Virus record (IMG/VR): IMGVR_UViG_2690316068_000002
Strand: one strand, 5' to 3'
Source: a virus
Taxonomy: Duplodnaviria > Heunggongvirae > Uroviricota > Caudoviricetes
Length of the DNA stretch: 64,000 nucleotides
Shown here one piece after another: positions 20,450 through 29,081 of this stretch. Every line of letters begins with the position of its first letter. Position 1 is the first letter of the stretch. Position numbers and translations under genes: made by a program. A model generated the notes under the pieces. The model saw only the letters and a list, made by a program, of their open reading frames with translations, was not told where the DNA came from and ran no database searches.

Positions 20450-20728
20450 ATGAGCGAAAAGAAAACAACTTATTGCCAGGTGGCATTGTCCGATAAGGCC
20501 AATGACAAACTTGGAAAGTTTCAAATGAAACTAAAAGAAAAAAACATCAAAATGTCTAAGGCTGAAGTTATCAATACCATTCTGGAAGCGATGACAATGG
20601 CTGAATTTGACAAAGTTTCATCTGCCGTTGGAGTCTCTGCTAAGGCTCGTGAGAAAATCATGCGCATCTATGAGAACTCTAATATGACAAAGGAAGATTT
20701 AGAGCAAATTCTAAGCAAACTGCCATAA
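20450..20728 (+). CDS. Hypothetical protein
   Basis: 92 aa ORF starting 3 nt after helicase stop. Confidence 0.45.
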   Translation: MSEKKTTYCQVALSDKANDKLGKFQMKLKEKNIKMSKAEVINTILEAMTMAEFDKVSSAVGVSAKAREKIMRIYENSNMTKEDLEQILSKLP

Positions 20729-20982
20729 CATTTCACATTGCCTCCATCCGCCAATTCCAAGATGTGCTTACTTGTAAAAGGAGCACATCAATTGATGTGG
20801 CCTAAAGAATGAATTTAATCAAGACAAACATTGAATGATTAATAGACTACGATAGTGTCCAACAGGGCATTCTCATGTGACATTTGTCACATTTTTAACC
20901 GCATAAGTCTCCGGCTGAAAAAAGTTCTTGATTGGCTGAATGATATTTGTAGGCTTATCAATGTTTAGAGCCGGAGGTGTGA

Positions 20983-21525
20983 ATGGGTGTACTTGACATT
21001 GATAGTAATTACTTAAGTGCAAGGCGAATAAAGGAATGTGTTCATATCTATTGTAAATCAAAGCAGTCTTGTTTAGAAAAGCAGGCGTACCTAACATCGT
21101 CTCAAAAAGGAGAGCACAAACTCATCAAATATAAACTAAAGGCTTCGCGCAAAGATCGTTATGAGCACTATATATACGTAAAGGATATTGAAGGTACCAA
21201 GACAAATTGCGGTATTATCTTTTATCCCTATGATATATCAAGACTGTTCTCCATTATGAAATCCTGTGTCGGCGTAGCTCCAGGTAAATTAGAGTTGCAT
21301 TCAAACTTATACGATTACCCAAATGCTCAAAAACAGATAAACGATAGTACTTCGCCCTATGGATTTTCGTTTCTCTTCAAGAATCATCTCGCATTGAAAG
21401 ATTTCATCGAAAAATACAATGAAGGAATAATATCAGGCGAATTAAATTTCAACAAAATCTGCGGAGATATAAAGAGGGACGACCTTTTAATAGATATTTA
21501 CAATAGAACCCAAGTTAACGTGTAA
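20983..21525 (+). CDS. Hypothetical protein (AT-rich cargo)
   Basis: 180 aa ORF in strongly AT-rich DNA, first of a four-gene plus-strand cassette. Confidence 0.5.
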   Translation: MGVLDIDSNYLSARRIKECVHIYCKSKQSCLEKQAYLTSSQKGEHKLIKYKLKASRKDRYEHYIYVKDIEGTKTNCGIIFYPYDISRLFSIMKSCVGVAPGKLELHSNLYDYPNAQKQINDSTSPYGFSFLFKNHLALKDFIEKYNEGIISGELNFNKICGDIKRDDLLIDIYNRTQVNV

Positions 21526-21552
21526 CCATCCATTAATCATAGCCAGACAAAT

Positions 21553-21972
21553 ATGAAAGTAACAAACCTATTTATTCTAACACTAGCCACATCACTAATT
21601 GGGTGTTCATCTTCATCTATATCTGTTTCAAAGGCAAAGTATGCACCTCAAAGCAGAATATTTAAATATCAAACACCACATGAGTCTAGTCTAACAATAG
21701 TTAGAGACAAAGGCCTGGTTGGTTCTGGATGTAACGCTTCCATATTCATCAATGGAGAAACGGCAGCAAAATTGGAACCTGGTGAAAAAGCAACTTTCTA
21801 TCTTAATGAAGGAGATTGGATCGTTGGGGCATCAATTGAAAGTTCAGGTCTTTGCGCATTTAACCCCTCTAGGATGGAGCGAGAAATAAAACTAAAGCAA
21901 GGCGACGCGAAAACATATCGGGTTTTCACTACCTGGGATGGTACAATGGATATATTGCCAACCACTTTATAA
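21553..21972 (+). CDS. Putative lipoprotein
   Basis: 139 aa; signal peptide with lipobox (LIGC) at residues 15-18. Confidence 0.6.
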   Translation: MKVTNLFILTLATSLIGCSSSSISVSKAKYAPQSRIFKYQTPHESSLTIVRDKGLVGSGCNASIFINGETAAKLEPGEKATFYLNEGDWIVGASIESSGLCAFNPSRMEREIKLKQGDAKTYRVFTTWDGTMDILPTTL

Positions 21973-21979
21973 TGATATG

Positions 21980-22501
21980 ACGACGAAAGACATCACCTAC
22001 GGTGTGCCAGCAGAAGTCTGGCCGCGAGATTACACTAACGTTGAAAAACTACTGATGTTCTGGCGCAGAGAACAAATTCCTGTAAGGGTCACTCTCGAAG
22101 ATGGCCAGGCGTTTTGCATGTACGTTTATGGCCTCATGCCATCTCGTAACAAAGTTGACCTTTGCCCAGCCCCTTTTGACAAAGAAAATCGTATAAGGCT
22201 CCCACTTGAACGCATTAGTACAATTGAATCAGGTGTGGTTGACAGTATCGCTCACGATTTCAAAGGTCGACTAACAGTTCACCCTGATTATGTCGATAAT
22301 CGGCCATCACGCCGCGATTTTTTTGCAATTTGCAACCAAGCCTACAAAGCAAACAAATCTATAAGGGTGTACATGGCGGATGGCCGTGAAATTGAGGGGG
22401 TGTCAGCAGGCGCAGATGCTTGTCAGGTTACACTACGTGTCGAGAACGGTAGAAAAATAGTTGTTTTGTTCGATTGGGTTGAACGAATTTTGCCTTTTTG
22501 A
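21980..22501 (+). CDS. Hypothetical protein
   Basis: ORF-track 21938-22501 overlaps the lipoprotein gene; an internal Met (MTTKDITYG) just after its stop is the likelier start. Confidence 0.45.
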   Translation, partial: TTKDITYGVPAEVWPRDYTNVEKLLMFWRREQIPVRVTLEDGQAFCMYVYGLMPSRNKVDLCPAPFDKENRIRLPLERISTIESGVVDSIAHDFKGRLTVHPDYVDNRPSRRDFFAICNQAYKANKSIRVYMADGREIEGVSAGADACQVTLRVENGRKIVVLFDWVERILPF

Positions 22502-22504
22502 GTT

Positions 22505-22813
22505 ATGAAATCGATATTGTTACCACCATTATTTTTACTTTGCTCAGTTGCGGCAAATGCAATGGACTATAAGCCTGTCATTCAGTCGCTGATGAATGAC
22601 GTGTGCTCAACGTCTCAGAATGTATCAGTTTGCATGTATCAATTTTCGGCAGCCGTAAAAGCAGGAAAAGCGATAGGTGAGAATGTGGAACTGTGTAAGA
22701 AAGTGGCAAATGAAGAACGGGCAATGTTGGATTGCGAATCTAGCGAGTCATCGGCACAGTTCGTTGATGCGCTATTTGACACCAATCGTAAGGCTGTAGA
22801 GTCTGTTCAATAA
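22505..22813 (+). CDS. Putative secreted/periplasmic protein
   Basis: 102 aa; N-terminal signal peptide (MKSILLPPLFLLCSVAANA) and several Cys. Confidence 0.55.
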   Translation: MKSILLPPLFLLCSVAANAMDYKPVIQSLMNDVCSTSQNVSVCMYQFSAAVKAGKAIGENVELCKKVANEERAMLDCESSESSAQFVDALFDTNRKAVESVQ

Positions 22814-23096
22814 ATCTATAAGGTTAATAACCGGCTAAGTCCGGTTATTATTTTTCACATCACTTCTTTATATCTACAAATCAAATAACCTAAATATATA
22901 TAAGGTCTAAAGCCGCAATCGATTATTTATTTAGGGAACACCTTCGACGATCTCGCTTTTATTTCTAGGACTTTCATCCCTGCAAAAAATTTAAAAAAAA
23001 CACTTGCAATCTTTTTTCGCGTATCGATAATTGAACTCGTCGAAAGCGAAGACGCTAACGACAATAAATTTTAAATTTACATAAGGAAAAATTATC

Positions 23097-23747
23097 ATGG
23101 CTAACATTATCATTTCTAAAAAGTCCATCATTGAAGCTGCATCTATTGTATCCGACGAGCTGCGCGAAAAAGCAGATCTGGCAACTCAAACATATAACGA
23201 ACATTATAAAAATGGTACGCACACTAAAGCAGACAAAGCAAATATGCAAGCTGCGACCACTAAACTTGCTTACTTCATCAACAACGTTGTAAACGCTGTA
23301 GAAGACGAAAAATTATGCTCTGTTTTCTACTATGCGATTAAAGCAAGCAAACAAGCGCCAGAAGTATTTTTCCGTGATGCAATGACTAATAGTTATTCTC
23401 TGGAAAAACTGGTTTATCTGGTTAAATCCATTAAAGCTGGTAAATGCGTTTATTCCGTCGCTGATATGTCTGGATCTCGTGTATTCGCTTTAATCGATAT
23501 GATTAACGACGAGATCGACACGTTCACTAATGGCGCTGTTTTCGATTTAATGAATGAAGCTAAAAAAGCGTGCGAAATTAAATTGGACGCTGGCTATACT
23601 CAAGCCAACCAGTTGATCAATCTTTGCGAACGTCTTGGACTTGTTGAAAAAGTCAAAGGAGCTGGGAGCGCGAAAGCTGGTACTCAGCAATATCGCTTCG
23701 TTAAAAATGATTTCTACAATTATTTAGCTGATGCTTTTAAAGCGTAA
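23097..23747 (+). CDS. Hypothetical protein
   Basis: 216 aa ORF after an AT-rich promoter-like region. Confidence 0.5.
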   Translation: MANIIISKKSIIEAASIVSDELREKADLATQTYNEHYKNGTHTKADKANMQAATTKLAYFINNVVNAVEDEKLCSVFYYAIKASKQAPEVFFRDAMTNSYSLEKLVYLVKSIKAGKCVYSVADMSGSRVFALIDMINDEIDTFTNGAVFDLMNEAKKACEIKLDAGYTQANQLINLCERLGLVEKVKGAGSAKAGTQQYRFVKNDFYNYLADAFKA

Positions 23748-23795
23748 TTAATGGAATCAAGCGCCCACAATGGGCGCTTTAAAGGAGCTTTAAAA

Positions 23796-23999
23796 ATGGT
23801 CAGCTATGACAAGATCCGCGCGGAATATCGCGCAAAGTATCGCGCTTATAAACTGGAATTAATCGATGTTTTGATCGCGCAACGCGACCAATTAAATTTT
23901 ACGTTTTCTGATTTGCTTAACAGTAAACGAGATTGTAAGCGTAAACGTGAATATTTACGTTTAAGCGCATTAATCGGAAAACTGCAAAATTCTATTTAA
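23796..23999 (+). CDS. Hypothetical small basic protein
   Basis: ORF-track start at 23751 would place a terminator-type hairpin (agcgcccacaatgggcgct) inside the coding region; internal Met (MVSYDKIR) is more plausible. Confidence 0.35.
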   Translation: MVSYDKIRAEYRAKYRAYKLELIDVLIAQRDQLNFTFSDLLNSKRDCKRKREYLRLSALIGKLQNSI

Positions 24000-24019
24000 T
24001 TTTTTTAAGGAGCTTAATC

Positions 24020-24250
24020 ATGTTTGTTCTTATCGCTGACGTTAACGTCCACAATGAATATTATGTTAATCGCATCGCTGGGATCGCTGGTTACGCTGGG
24101 CGCGCAGTCGAGCTTATAGATGAAACGACGCGCAAAATTGACTTATTGAGCGACCAGGAGCGAAAAAAAGCAGACGTGAACGACGCTGATATTTTTTTAA
24201 TGTTAAAAGCGTTTGTAGAAATGGGATTTAAAATCAGTTTACACAAATAA
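24020..24250 (+). CDS. Hypothetical protein
   Basis: 76 aa ORF followed directly by a hairpin plus T-run. Confidence 0.45.
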   Translation: MFVLIADVNVHNEYYVNRIAGIAGYAGRAVELIDETTRKIDLLSDQERKKADVNDADIFLMLKAFVEMGFKISLHK

Positions 24251-24254
24251 AATC

Positions 24255-24280
24255 GAGCGCCCACTATGGGCGCTTTTTTC
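24255..24280 (+). terminator. Rho-independent terminator (hairpin + T-run)
   Basis: agcgccca-cta-tgggcgct followed by tttttt. Confidence 0.6.
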
Positions 24281-24699
24281 GTTTCCAATACTCCCACCAT
24301 AACGCGCCAATGATGGCGCGTTTTTATTGTCTTTAACTCACTCCAACAACATAAAAATAAGCGCCAAAATAACGCCATAGACGCGCTTTTACATCCTTAC
24401 CAGTACATACCCATTACTTAACACATTAACGCGCTTAAAACGCGTTATATTGCGTTATGGTGTATGGTTAATCATTGGCTTTTATTCTTGCTATGTGATC
24501 CGCGTTTATTTGTCGGTGCGGATCGGCATTTTGTTTTGTTCTGTATCCGCTCGCGTATTATGTGCGCGTGATTTTTCACATAATCACACCACTTAATCAC
24601 GTATGTGATTATGCTACGAAAGAAATCTGGATGTCTCAGGTGACGAAAGTCATCATAATTTTCCCCGCTCACCTGTCCGACAACCGCTGGTTGGATTCC

Positions 24700-24860
24700 A
24701 CCAGCTTCCCGATGTTTTTTCTACATAAAGGCGAATGCAGCCGTTTCCCGAAAAAATCCTGGCCGTTTCCCGTCGGCTCATGAATACGTTCCTCGCCGTT
24801 TCTGAAAATTTCCCTGCGGCAGCTGGTGGCTATAGAGAAAGGGCCGTTTCTGGCCCTCTT
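24700..24860. repeat. Iteron-like direct repeat cluster 1 (GCCGTTTCCCGAAA-type)
   Basis: Five to six imperfect direct copies of ccgtttccc/ccgtttctg spaced ~20-35 bp, plus ccctgcggc...tatagagaaa shared with 27126-27146. Confidence 0.6.
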
Positions 24861-24865
24861 CTCAG

Positions 24866-25348
24866 TTACACGCCATCAAGGATGTGGATGCGGTTGCTTG
24901 CGTATACATTCAGCATAAAGTTAGCGCAAAACAGTTTCCATGTATCAACGCCAGCGGTATACGTAATGTTTTTGCATTTAATCGCATTGTTGGCGATCCG
25001 CATCCCCTGCGATACTGCTTCATCGTCGGAAAATTTGAACGACGATTGAGTTTTAATCCAGACAGAAATCTGCGTAGCGAACTCAATCAGCTTGGACTGG
25101 CAGAATCGCCCGGAGCGTACCGGGAAGACGAACGTTCCGAATCCAGAATTTACCACATATGCTTTCTCAAATACCCGCGAGTAACGACGATTGCCAATGA
25201 TGTCGCGTGCAATAATGCATTTTTCTTGTGCTGACAGTTCTACCGTCTCATTGTCGCGCCATGCACCAAGTACTCGTTTTTCAATGTCAGAGAACGTTAC
25301 AGCGATATTGCCATGTGCGGGTGCGTTTACAGTAGCGATAAAATTCAT
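24866..25348 (-). CDS. Hypothetical protein
   Basis: 160 aa ORF; palindromic motif-1 immediately upstream (25366-25402). Confidence 0.5.
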   Translation of the reverse strand: MNFIATVNAPAHGNIAVTFSDIEKRVLGAWRDNETVELSAQEKCIIARDIIGNRRYSRVFEKAYVVNSGFGTFVFPVRSGRFCQSKLIEFATQISVWIKTQSSFKFSDDEAVSQGMRIANNAIKCKNITYTAGVDTWKLFCANFMLNVYASNRIHILDGV

Positions 25349-25698
25349 GATTGATTCCTTATCGTAAATAACAAATTGTTTTCTTGTTGGTGTTAATTAT
25401 CGTTGTACGAATAAGGCGTCAAAGTGGAAAGTTGCGGTAGCCGGACGGGAACAGGTGGGTTTGTCGGTTGCCTGGAGGTAAGAGGTTGGTGTTTTTAGCC
25501 TGCGGGAAACAGGATGGTCATTTAAGGCCACCAATGCTGATGGCCTTAATAATTATCGACCTATTACGCTAAGGATCTTTTCCTCAACTGATTTGTTGTT
25601 GCGACTAAACTGCCTTGCGTATCTGATGACAGAAGAGGCGTTTTGCTTTCTGACCATCTCGGCTCTTTCCTTCAGGCGTTTCTTGAAATCGCCCATAT

Positions 25699-26115
25699 TT
25701 ACCACCAGGCGCAGAAGGTCAGTCTGTTATTGTGAAAGTCGTGGTTCCTGATCAGGTCTTCCACAAGTTTTTTCAGCTTATCCACGTCATGCCAGTAACC
25801 TTCATCGTACTCCTGACTGCCGAAGAAAAAACCTTCCCGGGTAGGCAAGTACTCTTCGCAATTACTTTCGTTTATGTGCATCAAATGAGCCTTCAGAAAA
25901 CAAATGTCATTCATCGTTAATTCTAAAAGCTCACAATTTTCGACTTCACCTACGTTGCGCTCCATCCACCCAACGAGCGCATTGAACTTACGGAAGTAAG
26001 CAACCTGCTTTCTGGATGCCTCGTTATTCAGATCGTTTTTAGGCTGCGTCTCGATATAGATATCAAGTCCCATGATGGTTTCCTTATTAAGTTGCTTCAG
26101 TGAAATCATTTTCAC
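25699..26115 (-). CDS. Hypothetical protein
   Basis: 138 aa ORF (true start may be internal MGLDIY); motif-1 copy upstream (26128-26150). Confidence 0.45.
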   Translation of the reverse strand: MKMISLKQLNKETIMGLDIYIETQPKNDLNNEASRKQVAYFRKFNALVGWMERNVGEVENCELLELTMNDICFLKAHLMHINESNCEEYLPTREGFFFGSQEYDEGYWHDVDKLKKLVEDLIRNHDFHNNRLTFCAWW

Positions 26116-26190
26116 AAATCAGATAAGGCAGAAAACAAATTGTTATCGGGCATAAGAAAATGGCGCGGTTTACGCGCCATTCAAAGAGGA

Positions 26191-26652
26191 TTAAGCGAAT
26201 ACGCTTTCAGGGATTAAGGTGTCGGCAGGAATGCCAGAGGTAATGCGCAGACCGTACTGGCCAATCCAGGTGGTGCTGGTGTTCAGGCTGGAGGCGAATA
26301 CGGTGTTAACCATATTCATCATGGTTTCAAACACCTCTTCGTCAACCTGGCGGAAGTAGTTCTCGATTTTCAGCAGCAGCGGGTCAGTTGCATCGAGAAT
26401 GGACTGGTATTGAGTCGCGTACTCGCCGCCGGAGGCATCACCTTTACGCACGATCGTACTGGCCTGGACTTCGGCACCAGTTTCGGTGTTGTACGTAACA
26501 ACGGTGATTTTTGCCACATTCTTACCTTCGGCGGTTTCAGAGGCATAGTAAACATCAACTGTCAGTTTTTCGCGTTTAACGGTCATTTCACTCTCCGTAG
26601 TGTATTGGTTATTTTTATATTCTATGATCGTAAGTATGTACTTACAATACAA
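26191..26652 (-). CDS. Hypothetical protein
   Basis: 153 aa ORF-track call; likely start is the internal Met (MTVKREKL, ~26586) since the extension runs into a terminator hairpin. Confidence 0.45.
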   Translation of the reverse strand: MYCKYILTIIEYKNNQYTTESEMTVKREKLTVDVYYASETAEGKNVAKITVVTYNTETGAEVQASTIVRKGDASGGEYATQYQSILDATDPLLLKIENYFRQVDEEVFETMMNMVNTVFASSLNTSTTWIGQYGLRITSGIPADTLIPESVFA

Positions 26653-26678
26653 AAAAGCCCCGTAAGGATGGCGGGGCT
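26650..26678 (-). terminator. Rho-independent terminator
   Basis: agccccg-taaggatgg-cggggct hairpin with T-run on the minus strand, downstream of the gene ending at 26713. Confidence 0.55.
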
Positions 26679-26712
26679 GTCGTACTGTCGACTAATTACC
26701 ACTTGCACATTA

Positions 26713-27054
26713 TCAGGCTATTGCCATCACTGATGCTCTCTGAATTTCTTGCTGGGCCACGCGGTTAACTTCCATCAAGGCCAGTTCGAGCTGATGTTCC
26801 GGCCACATTCTTTGAAATGCCACCCATCCTTTTCCACGCTGGCGACGAACATTCATTACATAACGAGTAAAGGTGTTTTTATCGAAAGACACCGCTGTTT
26901 CACGGAACAGACGAATAGAGGTTCCATTGGCAACGATGTCCAGCAAAGTTAATTGAGCAACCAGCGCAGGCTTCTCTTTTCTCTTCTGGTCTTTGTCCAG
27001 ACCAAGAACCAATGATTTTTTCATTACAACTCCGTAAACAACTTGTTTTCTCAA
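26713..27054 (-). CDS. Hypothetical basic protein
   Basis: 113 aa ORF-track call; probable start at the internal MKKSLVLG; motif-1 upstream (27045-27068). Confidence 0.45.
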   Translation of the reverse strand: MRKQVVYGVVMKKSLVLGLDKDQKRKEKPALVAQLTLLDIVANGTSIRLFRETAVSFDKNTFTRYVMNVRRQRGKGWVAFQRMWPEHQLELALMEVNRVAQQEIQRASVMAIA

Positions 27055-27177
27055 TGGCGTAAATAATACCAGTAAGAAAACGGCTACAAAGCATATTGAT
27101 CAGGTGCATGAGCGATATGCAGGTTCTTCCCTGCGGCTATAGAGAAATTAAGCCAGCAATGCTGGCTTTGGTTGAGG

Positions 27178-27525
27178 TTACGCGAATACCTCAAGAAATT
27201 CCTGAACGTCCCAATGCTGGACAAGGTGAAGATAGACCTTAGAAATCACGTCATTCTCGCTATCGCATGTGAAGTAGTACTTCTGGCTGCGGTTGTATGT
27301 GTCTACACAAAATTCGCTCATATCCATAAAGTCAGCATCTTCACCCATGTCGCAAATCATCAAAGCAGGTGCGTCATCACGAGTCATCAGCTCAAGCACC
27401 CACCGCGAATTGATCAGAGTGGAAGACCAACCTTCTAACTCATAAAACTGATCAAACTCTTTTTGAGTTAATTTCTTGATTTGGTTGATGTCGATATTTG
27501 CAAACATAAAGCAATCCTTAAACAA
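27178..27525 (-). CDS. Hypothetical acidic protein
   Basis: 115 aa ORF; motif-1 immediately upstream (27527-27565). Confidence 0.5.
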   Translation of the reverse strand: MFKDCFMFANIDINQIKKLTQKEFDQFYELEGWSSTLINSRWVLELMTRDDAPALMICDMGEDADFMDMSEFCVDTYNRSQKYYFTCDSENDVISKVYLHLVQHWDVQEFLEVFA

Positions 27526-27864
27526 GATGTTTTCTTAATGGTGTTATTATCGCAATAACGCACAGGCGAAAAAGGATTTTATTCCGGTGAATGTGGTTTT
27601 GGCAGTGAGTTTTCAGGTTCAGTACCGAGTACACTTTTTACATTATTCTGATTTAGTGGCCGAAGGTGGCTGGTGGGCAGAATAATCCTCTCCCCGAAAA
27701 CCTACTGAAATCGATTGTGACCCGTTGGCTGTCTGGCACAATTACGCTGTAGCTGGGCATTCAGAGGGAGTCCAACGGTAAGTTAGTCCGCCTGCACGTG
27801 AGCGCCTCTCTTCTTCCCGCACATTACAGGTGTGTAGCCGCAACTCTCCCTCTCGCTATACCGG

Positions 27865-28010
27865 TACGCCGCCGTTCCTGAACCGGCATCGATCCTTTTC
27901 CCGAAATCCATACAGGCAACTCGACCGTTTCCCTGAAAATCCCCAGCCGTTCCCCGAAGGCAACCCAGCCATTTCTGTAGCGGGATGCAACCTTTTCCCT
28001 GTATGGACCG
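27865..28010. repeat. Iteron-like direct repeat cluster 2 (CCGTTTCCCTGAAA-type)
   Basis: Six imperfect direct copies (gccgttcctgaa, ccttttcccgaaa, accgtttccctgaaaa, gccgttccccgaa, gccatttctg, accttttccctg) at ~24-30 bp spacing; same repeat family as 24700-24860. Confidence 0.65.
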
Positions 28011-28039
28011 AAGGCTGACCGTAGGGGTGTTACGGGGGA

Positions 28040-28920
28040 TAAAATCAGGAGTTGAATAAATACGAAAAAGGAGGCGACACCCCTCCTTCCCTCCCCACTT
28101 ATACATACCTGGCTTCTTCGCTATACATGTTGTGTTTTCTTCGTGTTTTATCTGTCTCAACCTCTCTATAGGCGTTAATGCTCACTCCTTCCAGAACGTT
28201 CTATACGGCGACTATTTCTGTTGGTGAATTGGGTGTGTTGTTTTCTCTGTCGGTGTATGTGGTTTCGTTCGTTTTGCGGTGGTTCTTCTAGGGGGTGTTC
28301 TCGTCGTTTTGGTGATTGTTCTTCTCCATGTATGGAGTAATGGCAGGTGGGCGATTCCTTTCGTTATTGTGTTTGAGTTGTTTGTCTGGAGTGTGTGAAA
28401 GGCTTTTGTAGTTATTCGTGTATTGGGTAATGGCGTTTCCCGTGATTGTTATGCTTCGAGTCTTTTGGGATTGAGAGAATCCTTGCGGTTACAGGCTTCG
28501 TTGGGGTTTCAGTGATTCTGGTGTTTCTTCGCTGTTTGGGGAATGGCGTGTCGTGGGTATCGCGCGTATGAATGTTTTCGGATTGCCTGTGAAAGTTAGG
28601 TTGGTTGTCCGGTAGCCTGGGAAGAAGAGGTGGGTCTTTTCGGTAGCCTGCCATAAAGAGGTTGGTTGTTTTGGGTAATGGCATATGTGTTATTTAGTTG
28701 TTTTGTTATGCCTGAAAATAAGTTGTTTATATGGTTGTGTAACGCAACGGGAGCGATTTTGAGCGTGTGTTTTTGTTGGTAGTGTGTTGGGTCGTCTGTG
28801 GTGAAAATTGGACGCTGTGGCGCTGTCTGCTGCGTAGAATTACGGGTATAAGAAGTGATGTGTGAATACGTCAATTTTTTAGACCAAATCGGGTGAAAGC
28901 GTTGACGTTTCGTTGATCTG
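28040..28920. other. ORF-free, strongly GT-skewed region with loose ~100-bp periodic motifs
   Basis: About 75% G+T on the plus strand over ~0.9 kb; recurring GG(G/A)TAATGGC and GGTAGCCTG...AGAGGTnGGT motifs; no credible ORF on either strand. Confidence 0.6.
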
Positions 28921-29081
28921 TTATTTAGTTGTTTTCTTATTGGTATAAACAACGTTAACCTATTGATATTTAAAGGTGTGATTGCAGGTATGGAAGAAGA
29001 GTAGTGGCGATCAACGGATTCTTATAGAAAAGAATCAAATTGTGACCGCCATTATCAACTGATTGATTAAGCTAATTACAC

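Noticed and set aside
27783-28160. ORF-track calls across the iteron cluster (125 aa on minus; 62 aa on plus at 27830-28018)
   Set aside because: Translations are dominated by Gly/Arg/Cys/Pro from the repeated CCGTTTCCC motif; these frames overlap a direct-repeat array, so they are most likely non-coding.
28100-28900. Possible CRISPR array in the repeat-containing GT-rich region
   Set aside because: Repeats are loose, unequal in length and irregularly spaced (~100 bp), with no constant repeat/spacer periodicity and no cas genes in the window.
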